Assembly: GCA_963702895.1 (NCBI GenBank)
Contig: OY969767.1
Location: 2,336,001 to 2,400,000, forward strand
DNA from: an uncultured Elusimicrobia bacterium
Lineage (GTDB): Bacteria; Elusimicrobiota; Elusimicrobia; 2-01-FULL-59-12
Direction: 5' to 3'
DNA: 64,000 bases
In this document: piece after piece, positions 27,900-36,672 of the stretch
Position numbering within the stretch: the first letter of the stretch is position 1
How the letters are laid out: each line of letters begins with the position of its first letter
Translations under genes and position numbers: made by a program
Notes under the pieces: model-generated
What the model saw: the letters and a program-made list of their open reading frames with translations, nothing else
Databases searched by the model: none
Told to the model about the DNA's origin: nothing

Positions 27900-28960
27900 T
27901 GCCTTCTATTCGCTCCCTCCAGGCAAGTCCCATCCAATACCGCCTCAAGAGTCCCTTAGTGACCGCCGCGGGCAAGAAGAAAGAAACCCATAATGTGCTG
28001 GTCATGCTTACGCTCGAGGATGGCACGAGGGGCCTGGCGGAGGCCTCCTCTTCGATCGCCATGCCGCAGGAGTCGCAGAGCAACATGCTGGACGCCATCA
28101 AACTTCTTAGGCCTGAGCTCCGCGGCAAACCCATTGAAGAGTATCGTGATCTCATCCAAAGGGTGTGGCGCCTCGCCGTCTATCACCCTACCGCCGCGGC
28201 GGCCGTGGAATGTGCGCTCCTGGATGCCTATACGCGCTACCTCAAGCAACCCCTGGCGGCCTTCTTCGGAGGAAAGATCTCCACGATCGAAACAGATCTC
28301 ACGATCTCTCTCGGCAAACCCGTGCTCATGCATCAACAGGCCAAGGATGCCGTTCGAAAAGGTTTTCGCAGGCTCAAAATCAAGCTTTCCGGGGCGCTCC
28401 CCGCGCTGGATCTTGAGCGCATGCGGGCTGTCCGGAAAGCGGCGCCGCGCGCGCTCCTGGTGGCCGATGGCAATCAGGGCTTTCGGCTATCGCACGCGTG
28501 CGATTTTCTCCATCGCCTGAAGCGTGAGGGGATTGCCATCCACTTTTTTGAGCAGCCCTTGCCGAAGCACGATCTGCGGTCCATGCGACTTCTTCGCCAA
28601 AGAACACATGTCCCCTTGTTTGTGGATGAATCCGTGCTGAGTCCGGCAGACGCCATTCGCGTTTTTGAAGCGGAGGCGGCCGACGGCATCATCATCAAGG
28701 TCGCGAAAAGCGGGCTGCTGGGGGCGCTGGACATCCTCCACATCACCCAGCGCTTCAAGAAGAGACTGGGCATCGGCTGTATGGAAGAGTCGAAGCTGGG
28801 CCTTGCGGCGAGCGTCCACCTGGCCTGCGGCACGGGGGCCTTTGAATGGGTGGACCTCGATTCCGTGTTCCTGCTCGCTGAACACCCGCGCCGTGGCGGC
28901 TTCCACATTCGCGGGTCGCGACTCTCCGTCACTGGAATACGATCAGGAATTGGAATTTGA
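27899..28960 (+). CDS. Dipeptide epimerase (L-Ala-D/L-Glu epimerase, enolase superfamily)
   Basis: KIK, DGNQG, EQP, DES, K.AKSG, GCMEES, DLD motifs. Confidence 0.92.
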   Translation: MPSIRSLQASPIQYRLKSPLVTAAGKKKETHNVLVMLTLEDGTRGLAEASSSIAMPQESQSNMLDAIKLLRPELRGKPIEEYRDLIQRVWRLAVYHPTAAAAVECALLDAYTRYLKQPLAAFFGGKISTIETDLTISLGKPVLMHQQAKDAVRKGFRRLKIKLSGALPALDLERMRAVRKAAPRALLVADGNQGFRLSHACDFLHRLKREGIAIHFFEQPLPKHDLRSMRLLRQRTHVPLFVDESVLSPADAIRVFEAEAADGIIIKVAKSGLLGALDILHITQRFKKRLGIGCMEESKLGLAASVHLACGTGAFEWVDLDSVFLLAEHPRRGGFHIRGSRLSVTGIRSGIGI

Positions 28961-29084
28961 AAAAAGCCAGCGGATCGAAGCAGATCGTTGACAGCAAGAA
29001 CAGTCAGCAGACCACTCACATTTCATTTCTTGACGATCCCTCTTCGGCGATGTCCTTTCCGCTTTCGGGTCTGGATTTTTCTTC

Positions 29085-30302
29085 ATGATTTCCAATTCCG
29101 TCGCTGTCTCTGTGGTTCTGCTGGGGATCGTGCTGACACTGCTTCAACTGAACCAAAAACGAGTCTTCCCGAAACTCTTTCATTACCTGCCGCCCGCTTT
29201 CTGGTGCTATTTTCTACCCATGGTCCTTGCCACCTTCGGGATCTTACCCGAGAGATCTCCTGTCTATGACTTTCTCACCACCTATGTTTTATCAGCGTGT
29301 CTGGTGCTCTTGCTCCTGGACATCCGGCTTCCCTCCATCCTCAAACTGGGTCCGACCGCTTTGGGAACGATGGTGGTGGGGGCTCTGGGCATCGGTCTTG
29401 GAGCGGTCGCGTCCTACGCTCTGTTTGCGAAGTCACTTCCACCCGAAACCTGGAAGGGAGTGGGCGCCCTCTCGGCCAGCTGGATTGGAGGAAGCGCGAA
29501 TATGCTTGCGGTCAAAGAAGGCCTCCAAGCGCCGGACGCTGTGTTTGCTCCGATGGTGATCGTCGATACCGTGATCACCTATTCCTGGATGGGGATCCTC
29601 GTCGCCCTTGCCCCCTGGCAGGGCGCTTGGGACCGTTGGGTGGGAGCCGACCGTACGACACTCGAGCATGTCGTTGAGCGCCTGCAGTTCATGTCCTCCC
29701 CCTTGGTCGGGGAGGAAGCGGCTGGGGGTGTCCCCCCATCCTCGCCTTCCCCCACAAGGGGGGAAGGGCCAGCGGTCTGGCACGCGGTGTGGCTCCTCGG
29801 GTTGGGGATGATCGGCGGTGCGGTGTGCATGAAACTGGGAGCCAGCCTCCCCAAAACCTCCTGGCTCTCAGGCTCCGGCTGGGCTTTTCTCCTCGTGACC
29901 CTTTTGGGCATCTTGCTTTCGCTCACCCCCGCGGCAAAACTGGAGCGCTATGGAGCCTCCCGCTGGGGTTATTTTTGCCTGTATCTTTTACTTGCCGCCA
30001 TAGGATCCAAAGCGCGACTTCAATACATTTTCCAGGCACCGCGGCTCTTGCTCATGGCCTCGACTTGGGTGGTGATCCATGCTCTGATTCTGGTTGGCTA
30101 CGGCTATATTCGCCACGTCCCCATGTTTTTCCTCGTGACCTCCAGCCAAGCGAACATCGGCGGGACCGCTTCAACCCCCATCGTGGCCGGTGTCTACCAG
30201 CCGAGGCTGGCCAGCCTGGGACTCTTCCTCGCCATTACGGGCAACGTGATCGGCACCTACGCCGGGATTCTGATCGCCCAAGCCTGCCGCTGGACCGGCT
30301 AA
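29085..30302 (+). CDS. DUF819 family membrane protein with in-frame palindromic insert
   Basis: SWIGGSANM and SQANIGG.ASTP motifs; many TM helices. Confidence 0.9.
   Translation: MISNSVAVSVVLLGIVLTLLQLNQKRVFPKLFHYLPPAFWCYFLPMVLATFGILPERSPVYDFLTTYVLSACLVLLLLDIRLPSILKLGPTALGTMVVGALGIGLGAVASYALFAKSLPPETWKGVGALSASWIGGSANMLAVKEGLQAPDAVFAPMVIVDTVITYSWMGILVALAPWQGAWDRWVGADRTTLEHVVERLQFMSSPLVGEEAAGGVPPSSPSPTRGEGPAVWHAVWLLGLGMIGGAVCMKLGASLPKTSWLSGSGWAFLLVTLLGILLSLTPAAKLERYGASRWGYFCLYLLLAAIGSKARLQYIFQAPRLLLMASTWVVIHALILVGYGYIRHVPMFFLVTSSQANIGGTASTPIVAGVYQPRLASLGLFLAITGNVIGTYAGILIAQACRWTG
29694..29768. repeat. Family B double-hairpin repeat, in frame
   Basis: TCCTCCCC..GGGGAGGA...CCTTCCCCC..GGGGGAAGG; peptide SSPLVGEEAAGGVPPSSPSPTRGEG. 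Confidence 0.8.
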
Positions 30303-30322
30303 ACACCCCGGGGACGTAGACA

Positions 30323-30492
30323 GTTAACCGGAAAAGTTCTATTGGACGTGGTTGATCGACTGACACGTCGGGACTTTTTTGTGCCGTCATCCCGGCATGC
30401 CGTCAGCCGGGATCCATCATGTCTTTTATGTCGATGATGGACCCCGGATAACGGATCTCCGGGGTGACGTCAACTGCAGGTTTTCAGTTAAC
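30323..30492 (+). mobile_element. About 170-bp MITE-like element carrying a family A palindrome (copy 1)
   Basis: Imperfect terminal repeats GTTAACCGGAAAA / TTTTCAGTTAAC; colinear with the inverted copy at 34512-34682. Confidence 0.8.
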
Positions 30493-30604
30493 ACTTGTAA
30501 ATTCTTCCGCCTGAGAATACTTTCTCCTTGAATATCGCCTGAATTCCCGTTAAACCCTTTCCGTCATCGCTATCCTTTCTGATTGGATAAAGGAGAAAGA
30601 TTTC

Positions 30605-32482
30605 ATGCGTTGTCCGCACAAGGTACAAACGATATTTTCATGCCTGGTCGCCTCCTGCCTCGTGTCCCAGCCGCTCTTGGCGGATGTGCCCAGGCTCATC
30701 ACACCGGACCACGCGCAAGCCATCTACCGGCAGCTGGTGGAGTTTCACTATACGCCGCAGACAGGGCTCTTCCGCAGTTTTCCCGATTCCACCGATTTAA
30801 AGCTTTCTCAACAAGCCTCGACCTATGAACAAGCGGCGATGGGGCTCCTCGCGATTCGTTTTGGAGACAAAGAGCGCGCAGAGGGTCTCTACCAATTCTT
30901 CAAGCGTGCCTGGGAGGCGGGGCCGCAGGCCCAGGGTCCGCGCTACGGGGTTCGAGGCCTCGCGAATTTCTACAACGCCTATTTTGGTTCGGAAGGAATT
31001 GAGAAAACGATTCACGCGGGGCCGAATGCCTGGGTGGGCCTCTTTGCCGCCAAGTACGCCAACACGACGAAAGACCGCCAAGCCCTCCAGTTCGCGCTGG
31101 ATATCCAGTATTGGATGGCGATGGTCCTGCCGCACGACCGCGGCGGGATCGCCATGGGACTGCGCAACGACCCTTATGGCGCCTCCTGGAACCGCATCTA
31201 TTCGACAGAAAACAACCTGAGTTACTTCGCTTTCCTCACCGAGATTCTCCGAAGCCCCGCGCTGGAGAAAAGCAAACGCATCGCCATCACGCAGGAGCGC
31301 GACGGCCTTGAGCGCTGGCTTTTCAAAATCGCTTACGACCCCAAGAAGCGCTCGATGCTGCGCGGCCTCAATCAGCATGGCCATGACATGATCCGCGCGC
31401 TGGACACCTTTACCTGGCTGATCTCGACCCTGGGCCCTCGGCGTCTCGATGAAAAGGGCCTTGATCCTTTTGCGCTCATGCGTCAGGCCGAACAAGAGTT
31501 TGAAGTCACCGTGAGCGGACTCCGCGGCGTGGACGCCACCGATGAGACGGAAGCCGCCCGTGTCTTTGTCGATCTGAGAAACCACCTGGAAGAAATCAAT
31601 CGTCCTTTCGACGATGGCCATCGCGTCATTTGGTACGAAGGACTGGGCCAGTATATCCTGGCCTGGAGCAAGCTGGCGGATTACGCCTCCCATATCGGTG
31701 ATCAAGAGAGGGCGGCAGCCTGCAGGCAAAAAGCCCAGCGGATGACCGAAGAATTTGACAAGGCGGCGCTCGCCCGGTTCAGCGGCCTGCGGGCCTATCC
31801 GTATGCGACGCCGGGTAAATTTTTCCGCTACGGCTGGGGTGCCCCGCGCGAAGCGGAGGGAGGCCCTGCTGCCTCCCTGATTGCGGGGATTTGGCGGTGT
31901 TTTGCCGGCCTTGGCCTGGATCCACTCTCCGGGCAATCGGCAGGATACGCAAAATCTCTCAAGGTCTCTCTTCCGCAAAACATCCAGCTGGCACAGAGCA
32001 AAGGGGCCGTCCTCTACGGCACATCGGAAGATATGACGACGGAGGCCTGGCGCGCTCTCAACGCGGGGGACTATCCGCACGCGATCCGCCAGGCGCGCGC
32101 GACCGTTGAGGAATGGTCAAGCGCCGCAAAGTATCTTCAAAGGATGAAAAAGGCCGAGGTGGGCGCTCTGGTGGAGTATGCGGGCGATCCAAAAGACAAA
32201 ATCAGGGTCTTTAAGTATTGGGCACTCAACGATGTCGCAGCGGCTTATTTTGTCCTCGGAAAAGCGCTCGACCACGAGAAAGATTTCATCGGCGCCTCTC
32301 ATGCGTTTTCGCAAGTTGTGACGCAGTATCCTCTCGCCCAGATCTGGGACCCTCAAGGATGGTTCTGGTCCCCGGTTCAAGCCATCACCGATGACTATGT
32401 GCTGGCCGACCGTAAACACTACGGCTGGGTCCTGCCTCGCGCGTTCGCCGAAGGCTCCCGTACCGGCAAAACCCCCTACTAA
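30605..32482 (+). CDS. Secreted protein, possible six-hairpin glycosidase-like domain plus TPR-like C-terminal domain
   Basis: Signal peptide; STYEQA, GPNAWVG, STENNL, WYEG motifs; C-terminal YWALNDV...WDPQGWFW. Function inferred. Confidence 0.6.
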   Translation: MRCPHKVQTIFSCLVASCLVSQPLLADVPRLITPDHAQAIYRQLVEFHYTPQTGLFRSFPDSTDLKLSQQASTYEQAAMGLLAIRFGDKERAEGLYQFFKRAWEAGPQAQGPRYGVRGLANFYNAYFGSEGIEKTIHAGPNAWVGLFAAKYANTTKDRQALQFALDIQYWMAMVLPHDRGGIAMGLRNDPYGASWNRIYSTENNLSYFAFLTEILRSPALEKSKRIAITQERDGLERWLFKIAYDPKKRSMLRGLNQHGHDMIRALDTFTWLISTLGPRRLDEKGLDPFALMRQAEQEFEVTVSGLRGVDATDETEAARVFVDLRNHLEEINRPFDDGHRVIWYEGLGQYILAWSKLADYASHIGDQERAAACRQKAQRMTEEFDKAALARFSGLRAYPYATPGKFFRYGWGAPREAEGGPAASLIAGIWRCFAGLGLDPLSGQSAGYAKSLKVSLPQNIQLAQSKGAVLYGTSEDMTTEAWRALNAGDYPHAIRQARATVEEWSSAAKYLQRMKKAEVGALVEYAGDPKDKIRVFKYWALNDVAAAYFVLGKALDHEKDFIGASHAFSQVVTQYPLAQIWDPQGWFWSPVQAITDDYVLADRKHYGWVLPRAFAEGSRTGKTPY

Positions 32483-32491
32483 CCGCTCAGA

Positions 32492-32880
32492 GCGGTCGGG
32501 TTCCGTTCGCTCCATGGCGTTTTCTCCTCCTTCGCCAAGGCTACGGAGTACCGCCGTCTCCCTTCGGACAGGCCTCACAACTCCTCGTCCCCCAGCCCCC
32601 CTATCTTTAGCGGATGGGGGACTTCGTCGGACCCCGTCCTCCTGATAAGCGCGACTGCGCGATATCGTCGGGGCCGCCCCATCCTTATACCGGTATAGGA
32701 AAGTGGGGCGGACAGTTCGGCCTCGGCGTCCTCAGGGAGCCGGCTGAAAACGCCAAGTCGCTCACAGGAACCCGACCTGCCCTTCGCCCCTCCTTTTATC
32801 ACGCTAAACGAGCGAAGACCAGCCAGGCTCTGGGAGCGAATGGTGTACTGAGCGAACAGAGCTCCGCGGTCCTGAGTGAG
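32492..32880. repeat. Composite nested-palindrome intergenic region
   Basis: GGTCGGGTTCC / GGAACCCGACC enclose the hairpins CTCCTTCGCCAAGGCTACGGAG, GTCCCCCA..TGGGGGAC and CCGCCCCA..TGGGGCGG. Confidence 0.7.
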
Positions 32881-32883
32881 TGA

Positions 32884-33879
32884 TTATTCTTCTTCGCGCA
32901 GACGCGCTTTGTACGCCTCGTCCTGATCCAGGACTTTGACTTGGGGGGTGATCACCAGGTAGGGAATGTTTTTCTTCTTGAGTTGCTCCGCCATTTCCTG
33001 CGTATGAAATCCGCCGCTGATGAGCGCTGTGTAGCCGGGCGTTTTCCCCATGCGAGCGAGGAGATTCTTCACCATGGCCGTGCTGCGGGCCTCGGCAGCC
33101 TCATAATAAGTCTCAGCGGCCTTGATTGTGGCCTGATAATCGCGTGATCCCTGCGGCGTAAGGGAGCGGTATTTGAGATAGTCCAGATACTCCTTCGGCT
33201 GAAGACGCAGAAGGAGGAGCTTGACCACATTGTCCAAGTGCGCTTTCATCACGGGCGAGGCGCCCCCGGAAAGGAATTCTCGCGTCGACTTAATTTCCGT
33301 GAGGGCTTTGTTGCGGTTGCGGTCGACGTATTTGGCCGCCCGCCAGTTTTTCCGGTAGAGCTCCGGGTCATCGATGCCCCAGAGAAGAATAGGGGAGAGG
33401 GAGACAGGTCCCGGCTGCCGGCTGGGTCGAAACCAGGATTTGACGCGGTCCCACAAAACGACGTACGACTGCTCCCACTGGGCCGCCGCTTCGGTCGCGG
33501 CGAGCTCCGCCCCCGTCAGATACGCGCGGCGCAGAAGCATCGCCTCAAAAGCACGACGGATAAAGCGCGGCAAACTGCGAAGGAGCGACACATCTCCCTC
33601 CCCTGAGGCCCCCTCCACGCAGACAATGAGGGCGGGGACCTTATTGATCTCGAGGAGCCTGTAGAGAATGGCCGCGATGTTCTTTTGGACGCCCACATTC
33701 GCATGGAGGTCTTGAATCATGACCACCATCTGCTGGGCCGAGGCTTCTGTTCCGGGGTAGAAATCGGTGATGGCTCCGTGTCGCTCGGGGACCGAAAAAG
33801 GCGGCCGGCGGGATTTGGCTGCCTGTCCTGAGGACGTTAGCATCAGCAGACAGATCAGGGCTGTGAACGGACGTTTCAT
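32884..33879 (-). CDS. Secreted protein with IQDLH / VEGA / GGFH motifs (possible EreA/ChaN/TraB-like fold)
   Basis: Signal MKRPFTALICLLMLTSSGQA; IQDLHAN..VQKNI, CVEGASG, LWGIDD..LY..N, SGGFHT, YLVITP. Confidence 0.75.
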   Translation of the reverse strand: MKRPFTALICLLMLTSSGQAAKSRRPPFSVPERHGAITDFYPGTEASAQQMVVMIQDLHANVGVQKNIAAILYRLLEINKVPALIVCVEGASGEGDVSLLRSLPRFIRRAFEAMLLRRAYLTGAELAATEAAAQWEQSYVVLWDRVKSWFRPSRQPGPVSLSPILLWGIDDPELYRKNWRAAKYVDRNRNKALTEIKSTREFLSGGASPVMKAHLDNVVKLLLLRLQPKEYLDYLKYRSLTPQGSRDYQATIKAAETYYEAAEARSTAMVKNLLARMGKTPGYTALISGGFHTQEMAEQLKKKNIPYLVITPQVKVLDQDEAYKARLREEE

Positions 33880-34044
33880 GCCACGAAAGTCTAGCAAAAT
33901 CGGGAGCCTTCAAGGACACGCGAAGACCGCCCCATTAGAATGCGAGGGACTCGAAGCGGACGCCGTACGAGCGTGCGGCGGCCCTCGCGAGGATTGTCCA
34001 TCAGCAGGTGTATCCGAAGGCAGTAATTTGCTTTGATATTTGCT

Positions 34045-34467
34045 GTGGAAAGTCGAAAAGGTTTTACTTTGATTGAGCTGATGATCGTGATTCTGATCAT
34101 CGGAATTCTGGCCGCGATCGGGACAGCCCAGTACCAAAGCATGATTCGCAAATCAGCGGACGGGCTCACCAAAGGCAATCTCGGCACCATGCGGTCCTCC
34201 TTGTCCATCTACTACGGGGATAATGAAGTCATGTACCCTCGGGATAACCTGAATTGCCTCATTCAGAACAGGAAATACCTCGAAGCGATGCCCTTCACTC
34301 GCATCTTGCCGACCCACGTCGATACCACGCTGGTCACCGGCGAAACCACGCCGACGGAAACGGGCGGATGGTCCTACAACAACGATGACACAAGCACCGC
34401 CTGGGGACTCCTCAAAGTGGGCTGTTTTCACCAGGACAGCCGCAGCGAGATTTGGTCGACTTATTAA
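34045..34467 (+). CDS. Type IV pilin / pseudopilin
   Basis: KG|FTLIELMIVILIIGILAAI prepilin motif; start could be GTG 34045 or TTG 34033. Confidence 0.92.
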   Translation: MESRKGFTLIELMIVILIIGILAAIGTAQYQSMIRKSADGLTKGNLGTMRSSLSIYYGDNEVMYPRDNLNCLIQNRKYLEAMPFTRILPTHVDTTLVTGETTPTETGGWSYNNDDTSTAWGLLKVGCFHQDSRSEIWSTY

Positions 34468-34511
34468 GTTCTTGAGCCAAGAGTCCGCGCCAACGCATCG
34501 CAGCAAACCTT

Positions 34512-34682
34512 AATAACCCGGAAACTGCAGTTGCCGTCACCCCGGCGGCTGTCAGCCGGGGTCTATCATCGTCGTAAACGGATTGATGGATCCCCCACTT
34601 ACAGCCATGGGGGATGACGGCACAAATATGTCCCGACCTCTCAGTCGATAAAGAACGTTCAACAGAACTTTTCCGGATAATT
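34512..34682 (-). mobile_element. About 170-bp MITE-like element carrying a family A palindrome (copy 2, inverted)
   Basis: Reverse complement shares CCGGAAAAGTTCT, ATCGACTGA.A.GTCGGGAC, TTTGTGCCGTCATCCC and CCGGGGTGACG.CAACTGCAG with copy 1. Confidence 0.8.
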
Positions 34683-34714
34683 CAGAACAGGCCCCCTGGA
34701 TGAGGAACTCCCTG

Positions 34715-35410
34715 TTATTTCTTGGAAGAGGGGCGATTCGATTCGGCAACGATCTGGAGAAGGTCCTGGATGTCGTCGATTTGGTAATCGGCGATGACGT
34801 TTTGCTGGTTTTGGAGGTCGCCGTAGCGGGCAAAGACCGTGGTGAGACCCACCTTTTTGGCGCCGACCATGTCGCGCTCGGCCCAATCCCCAATCATGAT
34901 GGCTTCCTCCGGCTTCATTTTGAGGTGCGAAAGCGCCGTGAGAAAAGGCTTGGGATCGGGCTTGCGCACCCCGGTATCATCATAGGTGATGACAACGTCG
35001 AAATAATGCTGCAGTCCCAAGCCGCAGATCCGCAGCCACACGGGAAGCCGCGGCGCGTCCGAGACCACGGCCATGCGGATCCCCCGCCGGACGAGGCCCG
35101 TAAGGGTGAGCTGCACATGGGGATAGAGGGCCAGCGTCCCTTCTTTGGCGCGGCGGTAGCCGATAATGCCCGCGGCGAGGATCTTGTAGTCGATCTTGCC
35201 GAACTCTTTGAGCAGCACTTTGTCGAAGATTTGCTGGTCTTCGATGCCTTCGGCGGTGTAGACCTTGTAGATCTTTTCGATCATGGCCTCTTTCTTAAAT
35301 GGAAGGCCCGCGTCGATCATGGCGTCCACCGCGGCCTCCACCGCGGCCTTCTTCATCCGCATGAAGTCCATCAGGGTGTTGTCAAAATCAAAAATCACTG
35401 CCTTAATCAT
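34715..35410 (-). CDS. HAD-IA family hydrolase
   Basis: MIKAVIFDFDNTL, VVSD, RKPDP, MIGD..RDMVGA..G. Confidence 0.93.
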   Translation of the reverse strand: MIKAVIFDFDNTLMDFMRMKKAAVEAAVDAMIDAGLPFKKEAMIEKIYKVYTAEGIEDQQIFDKVLLKEFGKIDYKILAAGIIGYRRAKEGTLALYPHVQLTLTGLVRRGIRMAVVSDAPRLPVWLRICGLGLQHYFDVVITYDDTGVRKPDPKPFLTALSHLKMKPEEAIMIGDWAERDMVGAKKVGLTTVFARYGDLQNQQNVIADYQIDDIQDLLQIVAESNRPSSKK

Positions 35411-35430
35411 AAAGAGGTCCCTAGATGTGC

Positions 35431-35621
35431 GTGCGGGACCCTCACGTCCACTCCGCTCCAGCGCATCCGGACAGCCCGTCTTGTCCGCTCTCGCAGCCTG
35501 CGGAACTCGGGCTCTCCCAAGACATAGCAAGTCGGTAGCCCTCGCACAGTCCTCGGCTTGACGCGCTCAAGCGGACAATCCGCCGGATGCGAGTCGCTGC
35601 GTGGACGTGAGGGTCCCGCAC
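35431..35621. repeat. Long intergenic inverted repeat (branched hairpin of about 190 nt)
   Basis: Perfect 21-bp GTGCGGGACCCTCACGTCCAC arms; inner CGCATCCGG/CCGGATGCG and TTGTCCGCT/AGCGGACAA pairs. Confidence 0.9.
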
Positions 35622-35802
35622 CGCTACAAAACATTTCCATCCAAACGAGCCCTGACTGATATCTGAAGTGCGCATTAGCTTCCCCCAGCCGACGACGGAT
35701 GGTCCGAAATAACTCCCCGCCGAAGACGGGGGATGGGGGGTAGGACCATCCTAGGAGGCGCCAGGAAGCGCCTGCGCACGGAAGATAGCAGGCAGGGCTC
35801 GC

Positions 35803-36672
35803 TCAGCATGATATGTATTTGTTGATGAGGGGCTTCAATTTCTTCTTAGTTGCTGAGGCGATTTTTTGACGATCGGTAAGAATGGCGTACTGCAAGGCGC
35901 TCGCACATTCGCAGTGGCGCTCGCGCGTGACTTTCGCCACCACCGAACCCAGCAACTTCTTGACGTTGGCGGTGTTGGCGTTTAAATTTCCGATGACCAT
36001 CTCGATGGTCACCGGCTCTTCGTGCCAGACATCATAATCGGTCACCAGCGCCACGGAGGCGTAACAGATCTCCGCTTCCCGGGCGAGTTTGCACTCGGGC
36101 ACATTCGTCATCCCAATGACCGAAAACCCGAGCGAACGGTAAACCCTGGATTCCGCTTTGGTCGAGAATTGCGGGCCTTCGATACAAACGTAAGTCCCGC
36201 CGGGGTGAGTTTGAAACCCTAACGCGGTCGCCTGCCGGCACAATATGTTGGAGAGCTCGGGGCAGTAGGGGTTGGCCATGCCGACATGCGCCACGATCCC
36301 TTTCTCAAAGAATGTCGAGGGACGCGACTTCGTCCGATCAAAGATCTGGTCCGGAAAGACCATGTCCCGGGGCTTGAGTTCTTTCTTCAAACTGCCGCAA
36401 GCCGAAACGGAAATGATTTGCTCCACCCCCAGCGTCTTCAAAGCATAAATATTGGCCCTGTGATTGACTTCGCTCGGGTTGAGGCGGTGCCCTCGGCCGT
36501 GCCGGGGAAGAAAAACAACAGGCGTGCCACTGAGCTTGCCGAGGAGGAGCGCGTCCGAGGCAGGGCCAAAAGGCGTGCGGACCTTCACGGTCCGAACACC
36601 CTCCAGCCCCTCCATGTGATAGAGACCGCTGCCTCCGATGACGGCGAGTTTTACGTTGGTTGGATGGCCCAT
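35803..36672 (-). CDS. mtnP: S-methyl-5'-thioadenosine phosphorylase
   Basis: IGGSG, RHG..H, NHRANI, EGPQFST.AES, GMT, VTDYD. Confidence 0.95.
   Translation of the reverse strand: MGHPTNVKLAVIGGSGLYHMEGLEGVRTVKVRTPFGPASDALLLGKLSGTPVVFLPRHGRGHRLNPSEVNHRANIYALKTLGVEQIISVSACGSLKKELKPRDMVFPDQIFDRTKSRPSTFFEKGIVAHVGMANPYCPELSNILCRQATALGFQTHPGGTYVCIEGPQFSTKAESRVYRSLGFSVIGMTNVPECKLAREAEICYASVALVTDYDVWHEEPVTIEMVIGNLNANTANVKKLLGSVVAKVTRERHCECASALQYAILTDRQKIASATKKKLKPLINKYISC

Larger units (their letters stand above)
26940..29085 (+). other. Void entry: coordinates invalid, disregard; the DUF819 gene is the next feature
   Basis: None; not a supported feature. Confidence 0.

Noticed and set aside
28960..29080. 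Imperfect inverted repeat between the epimerase and DUF819 genes
   Set aside because: Too degenerate to assign as an element or terminator.
35680..35800. SRP, 6S or RNase P RNA
   Set aside because: Hairpins are present but I could not find the diagnostic conserved motifs.
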